Source of the DNA: a virus
Virus record (IMG/VR): IMGVR_UViG_3300011972_000003
Span: 1 to 64,000 of that record
Length of the DNA: 64,000 nucleotides
Direction: 5' to 3' (one strand)
The notes beneath the pieces are model-generated. The model saw nothing but the letters and a program-made list of their open reading frames with translations. It was not told the origin of the DNA and did no database searches. The translations under genes and the position numbers were made by a program. Of this stretch, positions 47,743 to 58,102 are shown piece by piece. The stretch's first letter is position 1. Each line of letters begins with the position of its first letter.

Positions 47743-48499
47743 TAGGTCGGAAGTGCCTGAGAAAGTCGGTAAAGAAGTTTTCAGTTATGGTTAGTACATC
47801 TATATTCGTTAGCTGTACTTGACCACAATTTACACACTTACACTCTACCGGTTCTATTCTACCAAAACACTTATCATCCAAATATATTAAGTTAGCAGCA
47901 CTCTCTCTACTTGCGTTATCCACCATATTTTGAACACCAGTAGGATTTGCAAACCATTCATCAAAGAGGCTGTATAATTTAATTTGTGCGAGTTTTATCT
48001 CTGGGTTGAATTTATATATCGTATCTAACACTGACAAAAATTCACCTATCGAAGGAACTCTGATTTTTCTCATCTCTCCCCCTATATTAATTTTACTTGG
48101 GATTCTATTCTCCTCACTATCAAAATCCTTAAAGTGAATCTGAGATAAGTTAAATGAGAATTGAGTTATTTGATCACAGCTATAACACTTAGTACTTGAA
48201 TTAAACTTTATGTCATCTGAGATCGTTATTGATTTTAGCATGAAGATTAAGTAGTCCATATCTAGCAAACTCACTTTATACAAATCTACTCCTGTACTAG
48301 CTAATAGATTAAGGTCTTTTCTGAGTTTAGCTATTGGGTTTATCTCCACGTTTTCGATATAATCCAGCAGTTGTTTAAAGGTTAGTGGTTTAATTTCTAT
48401 ATTTGTTCCACCTTCCCTTGAAAATAATCCTTTGCTGGGTAATTCTTGATTGCTTATATACATGATTTGTTGTGCTTTGAAAAATAAAAGGGCACTCAA
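47717..48499 (-). CDS. putative tail assembly protein (260 aa) with two CxxC pairs
   Basis: Position between the tube and tape-measure genes. CYSCDQ and CKCVNCGQ motifs. Confidence 0.4.
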   Translation of the reverse strand: MSALLFFKAQQIMYISNQELPSKGLFSREGGTNIEIKPLTFKQLLDYIENVEINPIAKLRKDLNLLASTGVDLYKVSLLDMDYLIFMLKSITISDDIKFNSSTKCYSCDQITQFSFNLSQIHFKDFDSEENRIPSKINIGGEMRKIRVPSIGEFLSVLDTIYKFNPEIKLAQIKLYSLFDEWFANPTGVQNMVDNASRESAANLIYLDDKCFGRIEPVECKCVNCGQVQLTNIDVLTITENFFTDFLRHFRPNESQVLFE

Positions 48500-48549
48500 C
48501 TAAGCTCTCACCCAATCAAGTACCCTCTGTATTAACTCTTAAATTCTAA

Positions 48550-49128
48550 TTATGAAGCAGTTCCGTCAGTAATTGGAACACTATTTCTTTGTCTTTCATA
48601 GTACTCGAACTGGAATTCTATGTCATACTCTCCACCGTTTGTTGTTGCATCCTGTCCAAAACTAGATTCCCCCATTTCTGAAGCAGTTGTCGGGAAGGCG
48701 TTATAGAATACTAGAGTCTTGATAACTTGTCTGTGAGTGTTATACTGTTTAAGCATTACCGTACAAGTTAAGTCTAGTTTTCTTCCAGTCTTCTTAGTTT
48801 CTTTCTCCATGATCTTGTCAGCCCAGTCGTTAAACATATACTGAATTGACATATCTTCTCTATCTATAAATCTCATGGAAAACGAACCATCTGCCTTATT
48901 AGAAGTAACTGGCTGGTAGATAGTGAACCCTCTAATTTGAGCTTCCATTCTATCTATTGAGTTATCTATTGACACATTGAAGTCAGTACATCTAATCAAT
49001 AGGTTCTCATCTGGCGGCATGTAAACCCCGGTAGGTCTATCAACAAAAGAAAACTCCCAAATATCTGTTCTAAGGAATTCTCTCCCGTTCTCTGCAATTT
49101 TCTGATACTTTAAAAAATCTAATGCCAT
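48550..49128 (-). CDS. tail tube protein (T4 gp19-like)
   Basis: GSFSMRFIDREDMSIQYMFNDW resembles FDDWTVTVMNDEAHDARQKFVDW. The C-terminal AFPTTASEMGESSFGQDATTNGGEYDIEFQFEYYE resembles GLWPTNVGELQLDWDSNNEIQTFEVTLALDYWE. Confidence 0.6.
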   Translation of the reverse strand: MALDFLKYQKIAENGREFLRTDIWEFSFVDRPTGVYMPPDENLLIRCTDFNVSIDNSIDRMEAQIRGFTIYQPVTSNKADGSFSMRFIDREDMSIQYMFNDWADKIMEKETKKTGRKLDLTCTVMLKQYNTHRQVIKTLVFYNAFPTTASEMGESSFGQDATTNGGEYDIEFQFEYYERQRNSVPITDGTAS

Positions 49129-49147
49129 CTCGTTATTTTGTTAATCT

Positions 49148-50881
49148 TTAGTTTCTATTTATTACCACATTTAAAAGCAAGACCTCGTTAATCATCTGAC
49201 TTAAAGTTACTTCTAGTTGAATCTCTGCTGAACCCATACGGTCATCATAGTTAAACCTATTAAGCACAATGTCATCTATTAAGTATATCTCGTCTCTTAG
49301 ATCTGTTGTCAGCTTTTGGATATATCTGTGAAGCTCTGTTTTCTTTGTTCCTAAAAATTGTTGCAGCCTTCTAAACTTTCTCTGTACCCTATTCATACTA
49401 AACCTGTAAGCTGGGTTCTCGTTTATTGTGCTGTAGTAATAGGAAATATAGTAGTTGTAACCATCGTATCTAATGTGGTTCATCCCTATTTCTTTAAACT
49501 TCTGGTATTCCTCTTCTGTGTATTGTTTTTCTATGTATATCTTCTCTTTTATAACTCCTGCATAGTCTGTTGTTAGTCTGTCGAAGAAAGCATAACTCGT
49601 AGGCAGCTCAACTCCATTCCTAACATAAGTCCCTATAGTATAAAAGATGTTGGTTGTATTTGAATAAGTCCTTGCTATATCCCTATTTAAAAGAACTAAG
49701 AACTGATTTTCCACAGAGACTTGGTGTAGCATGGATAAGATTCTAAGCTCAGGGTCAAAGAACTCGTCATAACTTAAGAAATCTATATCTATGTCCTCGT
49801 CTCCAAATAACTCTAAAGCTCTTAAATAGTCATCTGTAGTTTTCTCAGCTTCAATAAACCCTCCATCAAAAAAGTAAGTTCCGTCTGGTAAGGTTTTGTC
49901 TCTATCATGAAGAACTGGTAAGATGTGAGGGGAATCTTCTTTAAGCTGTAGAAATAAATCCTCTGTAGTTGTAAAGTTATATTCCTCTAATAGCTCATCA
50001 TCATAATAAACCTTACAATTACCTCCTTGAATCTGAATGTTTAATAAGTTTCCAAAGATTCCAGGTATAGTTGATGCAAAGTCCATAATCTTGTAAGGAG
50101 AAGCATAACTAGCTATAACATCCAGCTTATCATTGTAGTCTATATCAATCTCAATCGTTCCTGGAGTTAAGTTCCACTGTTCTATCTCATCTGAAAAGGT
50201 AAACTGGTAGAACATATCAAAATCCTCTTCCTCTTGTCCCGGCATTACTTTATACTGGGTGTAGGCTTCAATAACATTCTTTATACCTTCTCTAATTTGA
50301 GCTGTGGTTTTGTTTTGAATATTTACAGCTGTTCTAACTACATTAGGTCCAAAAGCTTCTGATCCTGTAATCCCATGTACTCCATCTTCAAAAGTAAGTA
50401 GAGTTATTGAGGCAGTCTCTGGGTTAAGTCCGGAAGGTATGAGTATATAGTCCTTAGCTGCGTTTAGTTTAGTTAAGTCTCCATAGTTAAGCCTGAACAC
50501 ATTAGTAAAATCTCTTATCTCAACATCCTCTAACTCCTTATCCTTATTTAAAGTTCGATCTACAGGCATTGAGTCTAGGTATTGAGGGTGAGTCTCCACT
50601 AAGTCTGTATAAACCGGGTCAGATATTCTTAAAGTAGCAAAGTTAGGTTCATCTTTATTTACCCTTACTGCTGCCACTTGATACCCCTTCTCAAACAAAA
50701 ACTTATACTTAGCTAAGCTCGTTACTCCATCATCAAACTCCCTCTTAAAAGTATCGTAATCAAAGTAAATTGTAGGATAGTCTCGACCTGATGAAGAGGG
50801 AACTACAACTCCTATAACTACTCCTAATTCTGGCTGTTGTGGTGGAGTTATACCTACTGAATTAATCTTTATAATACTCAT
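49148..50881 (-). CDS. tail sheath protein
   Basis: N-terminal INSVGITPPQQPELGVVIGVVVPSSSGRDYPTIYFDYDTFKREFDDG follows the sheath N-terminal pattern (PGV..E.D.S...VG.VG....P..ITS..EF...FG). It lies directly upstream of the tube gene. Confidence 0.6.
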   Translation of the reverse strand: MSIIKINSVGITPPQQPELGVVIGVVVPSSSGRDYPTIYFDYDTFKREFDDGVTSLAKYKFLFEKGYQVAAVRVNKDEPNFATLRISDPVYTDLVETHPQYLDSMPVDRTLNKDKELEDVEIRDFTNVFRLNYGDLTKLNAAKDYILIPSGLNPETASITLLTFEDGVHGITGSEAFGPNVVRTAVNIQNKTTAQIREGIKNVIEAYTQYKVMPGQEEEDFDMFYQFTFSDEIEQWNLTPGTIEIDIDYNDKLDVIASYASPYKIMDFASTIPGIFGNLLNIQIQGGNCKVYYDDELLEEYNFTTTEDLFLQLKEDSPHILPVLHDRDKTLPDGTYFFDGGFIEAEKTTDDYLRALELFGDEDIDIDFLSYDEFFDPELRILSMLHQVSVENQFLVLLNRDIARTYSNTTNIFYTIGTYVRNGVELPTSYAFFDRLTTDYAGVIKEKIYIEKQYTEEEYQKFKEIGMNHIRYDGYNYYISYYYSTINENPAYRFSMNRVQRKFRRLQQFLGTKKTELHRYIQKLTTDLRDEIYLIDDIVLNRFNYDDRMGSAEIQLEVTLSQMINEVLLLNVVINRN

Positions 50882-50885
50882 TTAA

Positions 50886-52628
50886 CTACTTTTTCTTTTT
50901 AGGCTTACTTACTGTTCCCTTCTTAGTTGGTTTCTTAGCTTTAGCGTTCTTATCTGTAGGCTTAGCTGCTTTCTTACTCTTACCTACAGGCTTTGGCTTA
51001 AATTTATCTTCAGTCTGTGGGTTTCCGTCCTTATCGTTAGTCTTTTTACGGAACTGTCTTGTGTATGCTTTAGATTGGTCGGACTCTTTTAATATAGATA
51101 CTACCTTGTCTTTGTTGAAATTAGTTATGAATCGGGTATTTAATTTATCTTTATCCCAGTGTCTTCCGTGTCCTTTACGCTGAATCTGCTCATAGAACTC
51201 ATCAGAACTTAATTGACCCACTATAGAGAATGTAACTGTCTTATTAATAGGAGAGTGAGATGATTCCCCTTCTAACCCTTCAGTCATATCTATTGGGTAT
51301 CCTATGTAAGCTTGATAGTATAACTCTTTTAAGTCCACATCAAGAAGCCATATCCCTATTATTGAGCAGCACTCTTTATAAGGTCTCACTCGGTTTTTGT
51401 AGAACATGAACTTTTTATACTTTGAGAGCCACGCCTTTACTGAATAAGTTGAATCCTCTACAAAGGTAGCCTCAAATCTCATATCTATCTTCTTGGTTGT
51501 AGGGATTGTAATTGAACTTCCCCCAAACATCTCCATTGAATCTGATAAGGTTTGTCCTGCATCTAATGACCAGTTTGTAATCGGAAGAACATCTATATCC
51601 CTCATCTCAAGTACTGGCACTCCTGTTCCCATTGGTTTTATCTGTACATCCCAAAGGTGAGTCGATGCAAGTTCCAATCTCCCTAGTCTTGATCTAAAAT
51701 AACCTTCGAATGGAGCTGGGTTGATTTCATTTATAGTAGCTTCTAATACTTTCTGGTTACTTGAATTAATACTATGCGCTACATCCTCATCATCAGTAAA
51801 AGGGTTATGGAATGTGTCAGTATCTTTGTTATACCCTAAAGCATCTACTGGAACCGGCGTATCGAAGTCTGTCTTTAAGTTAGAAGCATCAATTCCAGCC
51901 TGTTCTAGCATACTTTTATACTTGTCCACATTAGTTGCTGAGTTCCAAGTCGTACTGTTAGCTATCCCTGCTGATGGTTTCTTCTTAGGCATTTTAGGTC
52001 CACCATTCCAAGATTTTCCTTCTACTAAATTCTGTATTCCTTTTGATATCCCTAAAAACTCATCGGCAGTCTTATACGCACTGAGAAACTTGGGAGCAAA
52101 CTGAGCTAATAAATTCTGAGGTAAAAGTGATAGTATATTCCCTAGTCCCCATTTAGGATCATTCTCCCTTACTCTATCTAATATTTTTACTACATCTTTA
52201 AAGGCTGCACCTGAGATTAACATATTTTGAACCTCAGCAGCAACTCTAGCATCTCTTGTAGCTCTAATCCCATTGACTATCTGAACTACTTTATCTTTGT
52301 CATACTCAACATGTACTTTAGTTCTAGTGTCGATGTAAGGATTAAAGACTCCCACTATAGAGTTACCTACTGCATTCTCAAGTTTATTTAAAAAGTCTGA
52401 TATCTTACTATTCTTTAACACTTGATTTAGAGCCCTAAGAGTAGCCTTAACTTGAACCATGTCGGATTTAGTCCTTATCTGGTTAGGCAACATCTTTAAG
52501 GCCTGTGAAGCCCTCCCTATATCCCCAATGGTTCCACTAAGGTGTCTGAGAGGTGAAAGGAGCTTAGTTATAGTATCTTTTGCTCCACTATACCCCTTGC
52601 CTAATTGTAAATCACTAAGTAACGACAT
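50886..52628 (-). CDS. structural protein (580 aa) with Lys-rich C-terminal tail
   Basis: C-terminal KPKPVGKSKKAAKPTDKNAKAKKPTKKGTVSKPKKKK. Confidence 0.45.
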   Translation of the reverse strand: MSLLSDLQLGKGYSGAKDTITKLLSPLRHLSGTIGDIGRASQALKMLPNQIRTKSDMVQVKATLRALNQVLKNSKISDFLNKLENAVGNSIVGVFNPYIDTRTKVHVEYDKDKVVQIVNGIRATRDARVAAEVQNMLISGAAFKDVVKILDRVRENDPKWGLGNILSLLPQNLLAQFAPKFLSAYKTADEFLGISKGIQNLVEGKSWNGGPKMPKKKPSAGIANSTTWNSATNVDKYKSMLEQAGIDASNLKTDFDTPVPVDALGYNKDTDTFHNPFTDDEDVAHSINSSNQKVLEATINEINPAPFEGYFRSRLGRLELASTHLWDVQIKPMGTGVPVLEMRDIDVLPITNWSLDAGQTLSDSMEMFGGSSITIPTTKKIDMRFEATFVEDSTYSVKAWLSKYKKFMFYKNRVRPYKECCSIIGIWLLDVDLKELYYQAYIGYPIDMTEGLEGESSHSPINKTVTFSIVGQLSSDEFYEQIQRKGHGRHWDKDKLNTRFITNFNKDKVVSILKESDQSKAYTRQFRKKTNDKDGNPQTEDKFKPKPVGKSKKAAKPTDKNAKAKKPTKKGTVSKPKKKK

Positions 52629-52630
52629 AA

Positions 52631-53233
52631 TTATTTCCTGTTTTTGAATCCTCTAACTACCTTAACTGTTGGCGTATCTGTACCCTGCTCATTTGTCGGT
52701 AGTTCAAGTTTATCTTCTTTCTTTATTTCCTGCTCATTCATACTAGAGACGTGATCCTTTATTCCGATTAATCTATACTCAAAAATAACGTCCTCATAAG
52801 CTGTAACATCATTCACTATAAAGGAGTAAGTCTTTCCGAATCTATTAAAACTCACCTTATCCCCTAAATCAAGTATATTCTGGTTAAAGTAAATCATCAC
52901 CTCATCAGATTGGTTATTGTAGTATTTCTGAGCGTGTGACTTATTTATGATAAAGGTTTCTGTAAAAGTTTGCCATTCAGAATCCCTATCTAAATCATCA
53001 TGTGTAGCTACCTTTCCGTAAGTTTGGTTTATCATTTGGTCTCTGGAAGGAAGCTTTATTCTGTCTTTATTATCTTTATTTCTAAGTAAGCGTTCTACTG
53101 TGCAAAGAGTCCCGTAGAGTTTCATATAAAAAGGAAAGCTCTTGTACATTATCTTGAAGAACCTCCCTGTCATTTCATGGGCTCTATTTACAAAGTCATT
53201 ATTAACAACTGTCTCACTCATACTTTTATTCAT
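52631..53233 (-). CDS. hypothetical structural protein (200 aa)
   Basis: ORF preceded by the conserved upstream motif. Confidence 0.45.
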   Translation of the reverse strand: MNKSMSETVVNNDFVNRAHEMTGRFFKIMYKSFPFYMKLYGTLCTVERLLRNKDNKDRIKLPSRDQMINQTYGKVATHDDLDRDSEWQTFTETFIINKSHAQKYYNNQSDEVMIYFNQNILDLGDKVSFNRFGKTYSFIVNDVTAYEDVIFEYRLIGIKDHVSSMNEQEIKKEDKLELPTNEQGTDTPTVKVVRGFKNRK

Positions 53234-53246
53234 TTATGGGTTGGCC

Positions 53247-53271
53247 GAGGGAGATCTATTCAAAATCCCCC
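53247..53271 (-). promoter_or_regulatory. conserved late-gene upstream hairpin/promoter-like motif (instance 1)
   Basis: GAGGGAGATCTATTCAAAATCCCCC lies 13 nt upstream of the start of the 200-aa gene. Confidence 0.35.
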
Positions 53272-53319
53272 TGCGACACGAACTTAATAAAAAATCACAA
53301 CAATTATGAAAGCAACATG

Positions 53320-55212
53320 TTAGTTTGACGTTAGTGTAGATAATGGAAGCATCTTGGACACCACCGTAATCTTTCTAAGCGCTCTACCAACATATATATT
53401 TACTTCTACCATTAATTCACCATCACCCCAAACATTATTAGATTTATCCACTACAACGTCATATTTCTCAGGTGCATAAGTCTGATTCATAATAGTAGTT
53501 TTCATGTAGTAATCGATAGTAGCCTTAACGTCAAAAGCTGTACTCTCAACATCGTATCTACCTAAGAATTGCTCAAGAAGGAAGTCTAAATCCCAACCTA
53601 TTCTATTAGCCATTCTTACAATCCATTCTTCATTAAACAAACTCTGACCACCCTCTCCAGTTCTACAGTCATTAATTGAAGATATACCTCTAAACTTGTC
53701 GAACTTGATGGTGTTTATTTGTCCAGCTAAGAATTTCTCTCTGTCAGTCTTCTTAAATTGAGCTACTAATTCACCCACAGATACTTGACCATTAACGATT
53801 CCAAATACCGGTGCGAACTCTGAATTAGCTGACTTATTTCTTACAATAGCTTCAACATACTCAATACAAGGAGAAAGCTCTAGTGTCTTAATCCCAAAGT
53901 TGTATTTCATGTATGGAGCTAGTTTATAAGAGTTGAATGAATTAGATTGCTTGTACTCATTTACTATAGCATCTACTGTTGAATGGTTTGTAGTTTTAAC
54001 TGAGTGTAGTGCAAGTGCTTTAAGTTCTGCTGCTACTGAGTTCATTACTGACTGTAGGCCAACCTCACCTTCACCTGCATCCCATACAAAGTCAATTCTA
54101 TACCCTTCATCATACTCCAATAAATCTAGAATAGCTCTCTGTACTTTTGCACTTCTCTCTCCATCTACTGGTGCTGCATTTCCTCCTAATTTTTCGAACT
54201 CTGCTCTAACTGGGTCTGAAAATGCGAAAACTCTATCTGGATTACTTACAAGGACTTTCTCATCAGTCTGTGGATCTCCTTCTAGTTTTAGTCCGTTACT
54301 TATTGCGCTTACCCCTACTGGAGCTGGAGCAAGTTTAACCTCAGTTCTCGTTACATCTGCAATCGTGAACTCTGAACCTGCGTCTAACTGAGAATTAACT
54401 TTTAGAATGAATCTCTTGTTAGCCGGGTCTATAGAGTTAATTAAGAATTTAAGAGGTGTAGATGTAGTATTTGTAATTGCTGAACCTACCGGGGCTGTAG
54501 CCTTAAGTAACAATCTATATTTATCATCAATCGTCAACTTAGGTGCTGTAGGTAGTCCATCTGTATTAGCAAGACCTAGTGTAGTTTTAATGAATTCGTT
54601 TACATTTGCATGGTACTTATAAGCTAGGTAAAGAGTTAGTTCATTATTCTCTCCATACTTATATCCGTAAAGGTAAACTGATGAATCCTCTAATCCGTTA
54701 ATTAATTTGCTAATCTTCTCTTGGAAATCTAAACTTTGAACTGATACTGCTCCTACTTTAACTGCAGCTATCGTATCTAGTATTCTATCTTTTCCATCTA
54801 CTAAATAAGACTTCCCGTTATCTCCAACAGCAATAGAACCTTTATAATCTACTACCATTTTATTTCCGAAAAGCTTTGTATAACTGAACGCTCCTTGGTC
54901 TGCATTATACATTTTAGTTACAGCTTCCTCCATAGAACTACCTACTCTTGTTACTAATACTGAACTGTGAGCAAGCATAGCGTAAATATGGAAGAATGTA
55001 CTATCTAAATCTGAAACCAAATAATTCGCTCCATCTGGTCTATATTTTCTGAGGAGTTCTCTTTGGTTGTTTATCATTGTTATGCCGTAAGGGCCGTGGT
55101 CAGAAACTAAGGGAGCAGCTACTACTATCTTCCCGTTCTGATATCCTGATGTATCTGTAGTTGTCGCAGCTTGAATTCTGGACTCTACAAACGGTTCATA
55201 TATCTGACTCAT
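53320..55212 (-). CDS. major virion protein (630 aa; capsid or second sheath-like protein)
   Basis: Size and position. The N-terminus is loosely sheath-like. No decisive motif. Confidence 0.45.
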   Translation of the reverse strand: MSQIYEPFVESRIQAATTTDTSGYQNGKIVVAAPLVSDHGPYGITMINNQRELLRKYRPDGANYLVSDLDSTFFHIYAMLAHSSVLVTRVGSSMEEAVTKMYNADQGAFSYTKLFGNKMVVDYKGSIAVGDNGKSYLVDGKDRILDTIAAVKVGAVSVQSLDFQEKISKLINGLEDSSVYLYGYKYGENNELTLYLAYKYHANVNEFIKTTLGLANTDGLPTAPKLTIDDKYRLLLKATAPVGSAITNTTSTPLKFLINSIDPANKRFILKVNSQLDAGSEFTIADVTRTEVKLAPAPVGVSAISNGLKLEGDPQTDEKVLVSNPDRVFAFSDPVRAEFEKLGGNAAPVDGERSAKVQRAILDLLEYDEGYRIDFVWDAGEGEVGLQSVMNSVAAELKALALHSVKTTNHSTVDAIVNEYKQSNSFNSYKLAPYMKYNFGIKTLELSPCIEYVEAIVRNKSANSEFAPVFGIVNGQVSVGELVAQFKKTDREKFLAGQINTIKFDKFRGISSINDCRTGEGGQSLFNEEWIVRMANRIGWDLDFLLEQFLGRYDVESTAFDVKATIDYYMKTTIMNQTYAPEKYDVVVDKSNNVWGDGELMVEVNIYVGRALRKITVVSKMLPLSTLTSN

Positions 55213-55215
55213 ATT

Positions 55216-56391
55216 TTATTTAATTTCTTTTATCTCTGGTTGTTTACTCAATATTTTAACAATTTGGTCATAATCCTTATACTTTAAACTGAAGACATTG
55301 TCACTATCTACAGCATTCATTTCTTTTAGGTTTACTTCCTTGAATTTTACTAGATTGGTTATTTTCGAGATTACTACATCAGAGGGTTTGCAGTTATCCA
55401 TTATAATATCAAAGTGGACTCTACAATTAAAGTATAGCTGATGATAGTAATTATTCTCCTCGTCAGTAACCGCACTTTTATCTCCTAATTGACCTGATAT
55501 ATCTTCCCAAACTATAGCTACCTTAAATGGATTGTTGTTATAGTCAAATACATTAATAGAAGTCAAGTTGGAAATAATCTCTAAGTTTCTATACCGGTTC
55601 TTTATATCCATAGCTTTAGAGAGGGTTGTTGATTTTAATTTCCACTCTATAGATAAGTTTGCATCTGTGTGTCGCTTTAGTAGTGGAGTAACTCTTTTAG
55701 CTATAGGGTTATAATCGGCATTTTGAATAGAGTAACTTAGTACGTCAGGAACCTCTACTAATTCATCCTGGTCATCTAACTTTAAGGACTCGAAACCATG
55801 ATCATATAATTGCTCTAGAACTACCTTTTTAACTTGATACATAACTAAAGGCTCATCTATAACATAATTAGTATAGGTGTCTTTGTACTTAAATGCTCTA
55901 TGGTTTGGGAAGATATAATTAAGCCTCCTTCTACCCATTAAGCAGTTTGTTATATTAGCGAGTACTACGTCATCTTCCCCTTCAGTTATCTCTAAGAAAG
56001 GTATTGATTTAAGTAGTGTTATATAATCTTTGTACTCTATATTCTGGTTTATAAATAAGTCACACCTCTCTTCATTATAAAGGGCATAACTCTTATCCAA
56101 ATCGGTAAAAATAGTCTGGTTTAATATATACTCATTAACTACCAGCTTCTTTATATTTAGGTTGTTTATTTTATTTTGTGGATTATAGGTTGAAAGTAAG
56201 TCAGACTCTACAAGATCCTCTTCTGTAATCACTTCAAAAGGTAACTCAGTGTTTTTAGCTCCTTTAGTGAAGAAAATAACTAGTACTGAATTTGGTATAT
56301 CCTCTTCAACTTGAGTGACACCCGCCTCTATAAACTTAATGTAAGAGAGTGAAGTGGTTATCTTTAATCCGTTTACTACTAGTGTGTTCAT
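55216..56391 (-). CDS. head-region protein (391 aa)
   Basis: ORF preceded by the conserved upstream motif. Confidence 0.45.
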   Translation of the reverse strand: MNTLVVNGLKITTSLSYIKFIEAGVTQVEEDIPNSVLVIFFTKGAKNTELPFEVITEEDLVESDLLSTYNPQNKINNLNIKKLVVNEYILNQTIFTDLDKSYALYNEERCDLFINQNIEYKDYITLLKSIPFLEITEGEDDVVLANITNCLMGRRRLNYIFPNHRAFKYKDTYTNYVIDEPLVMYQVKKVVLEQLYDHGFESLKLDDQDELVEVPDVLSYSIQNADYNPIAKRVTPLLKRHTDANLSIEWKLKSTTLSKAMDIKNRYRNLEIISNLTSINVFDYNNNPFKVAIVWEDISGQLGDKSAVTDEENNYYHQLYFNCRVHFDIIMDNCKPSDVVISKITNLVKFKEVNLKEMNAVDSDNVFSLKYKDYDQIVKILSKQPEIKEIK

Positions 56392-56407
56392 ATATTCATT
56401 TTCATTT

Positions 56408-56433
56408 AGGGAGGGCTATCTTTCAAACCTCTC
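56408..56433 (-). promoter_or_regulatory. conserved late-gene upstream motif (instance 2)
   Basis: GGGAGGGCTATCTTTCAAACCTCTCC lies 17 nt upstream of the start of the 391-aa gene. Confidence 0.35.
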
Positions 56434-56448
56434 CACTTATATTTAAAA

Positions 56449-56880
56449 TCATGACCAGTCTTCGTCCGTGTAATTTGGTTGTTGAGTCTGGTGGTGTAAG
56501 TCAGTAATTCTAGAACCAGGGTGTTGTCTTTGGAAGAGTTGAGCATCTTGTATATAGTCAAATCTTCTGTGCCTCTCTAGTCCATTTTTAGGGTCAGAAT
56601 AAGTAACTTCAAATCTCTTGTTCTCAGTGGTTTTGCTTAATTGACTCCCTGCTTTTCCTCCTAATTTTCTACCTCCAATAAAACCACCTATTCCACCAAC
56701 TAAACCACCTGCTAATGCCCCTATCGCTTGACCTTTAAGAGATTTACCTCCTAATTGTCTTCCTATCGCCGCACCTGCACCAGCTCCAATCATTGCGCCA
56801 TAATTACCTCCTGTTTTTCTTCCGTAATATGCATGCTCTGATCTATATGCGTTAAATTTTTTTGTTATAATTATTCCCAT
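56449..56880 (-). CDS. glycine-zipper family protein (143 aa)
   Basis: N-terminus MGIIITKKF. GAMIGAGAGAAIG..ALAGGLVGGIGGFIGG repeats. Confidence 0.5.
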   Translation of the reverse strand: MGIIITKKFNAYRSEHAYYGRKTGGNYGAMIGAGAGAAIGRQLGGKSLKGQAIGALAGGLVGGIGGFIGGRKLGGKAGSQLSKTTENKRFEVTYSDPKNGLERHRRFDYIQDAQLFQRQHPGSRITDLHHQTQQPNYTDEDWS

Positions 56881-56886
56881 GAGTTT

Positions 56887-57132
56887 TTAATCTATTTGTT
56901 CAACGACTACATTACTATAACCCACCCTTTGAGATAATTCATTTGCTACCTCGTGGGCTCTCTTTCGTGTTCTAAAAAGCATATGGTAGACGTAATTATG
57001 ACCTCTCTTATCGAACCTTATTTGAAATCTATATCTATCTGGTTCTTCTTTTCTTGTGAGTCTGTCCAAAATCTTACTAGCCGCTACGCCAATTAGAATA
57101 GCTTTCAAATCACTACTCATAGGATATATCAA
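56887..57132 (-). CDS. hypothetical protein (81 aa)
   Basis: ORF. Confidence 0.4.
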   Translation of the reverse strand: MIYPMSSDLKAILIGVAASKILDRLTRKEEPDRYRFQIRFDKRGHNYVYHMLFRTRKRAHEVANELSQRVGYSNVVVEQID

Positions 57133-57631
57133 CTATACTTGCCTTATTATAACCTGGTGAAAGAGTAAAGTCAAATCCTAAAATATCCTTAATTCTAACA
57201 GCTATATCATTTTTCCATACTGCTGAGATAACTACTGATACTGGAAGCTGAACCCCTCTTCTAAGTAGTCGTGTAAGTGTTTTAATTAACTCCTTACTTT
57301 TCCCTTCATACTCCTCTGGGTCATCCATTACTTCTGCTGTAGCGTGGACATATTCAATCCCATCCGAGTGTCTTCTAATAAAGTAATCGTCTATGATGTG
57401 AGTGATGTTTCCAGAGTATAATAGTTCATCTCCTTCTCCAACAACTCCTCCTGTAGATTCTTTTCTGGATTGGTTTCTATTTAAATGTGTACTCCCTCCG
57501 TAAAAGTTTCTATTCTGTTTTCTTTCTTTATATCTCGGTGTGTTCTGATACTCTAGAAAACTCTGCTTAGGTATAATAGAACCATCTGCTGCAGGAGTAT
57601 CTAGAGGAAACAATCTTACTTCTATTTTCAT
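57113..57631 (-). CDS. hypothetical protein (172 aa)
   Basis: ORF. Confidence 0.4.
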   Translation of the reverse strand: MKIEVRLFPLDTPAADGSIIPKQSFLEYQNTPRYKERKQNRNFYGGSTHLNRNQSRKESTGGVVGEGDELLYSGNITHIIDDYFIRRHSDGIEYVHATAEVMDDPEEYEGKSKELIKTLTRLLRRGVQLPVSVVISAVWKNDIAVRIKDILGFDFTLSPGYNKASIVDISYE

Positions 57632-57632
57632 C

Positions 57633-58100
57633 TTAATTATTGCTTTTTATGGCGTTTAGTATTATTTCAGGTACTCTTTGGTAATCTTTTTGGAAGAACT
57701 TATTTACACTCTTAAGAACTCTGGTACCATCCTCTGACTTACTTAAATAATCCCAATAACCTGCTGATTTAAATTCACTAATCCAGTTATCCGGAGTAAG
57801 TCCATGTAGAGCTGTTTCTGAATCTCCTAACCACCATGAATCTTTTACTAAACTAATTTTCCCTGACTCTGAGTTTACTTTATATAATAGGCTTACGTTC
57901 AAAATATTATCAAACATCAGTAGCGCCTTAACGGCTGTAACGTCTCCAATAGTCTTCTGAATTATCTTAAAAACCCCATAATCAAGAATAACCTCACTGA
58001 ACGCTTCTGATACTGATTGAGGTTCATTTGGTGTATTTTTAAGTTCAGCTACACTATCCCAAAGTAAGCCGAACTGTCTAGTATCTATAATTAATCCCAT
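57633..58100 (-). CDS. MGLIIxTRQFGL-leader family protein (155 aa)
   Basis: N-terminus MGLIIDTRQFGLLW shared with 60041..60331. The C-terminus is homologous to the out-of-frame segment 59782..60039. Confidence 0.5.
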   Translation of the reverse strand: MGLIIDTRQFGLLWDSVAELKNTPNEPQSVSEAFSEVILDYGVFKIIQKTIGDVTAVKALLMFDNILNVSLLYKVNSESGKISLVKDSWWLGDSETALHGLTPDNWISEFKSAGYWDYLSKSEDGTRVLKSVNKFFQKDYQRVPEIILNAIKSNN

Positions 58101-58102
58101 GT

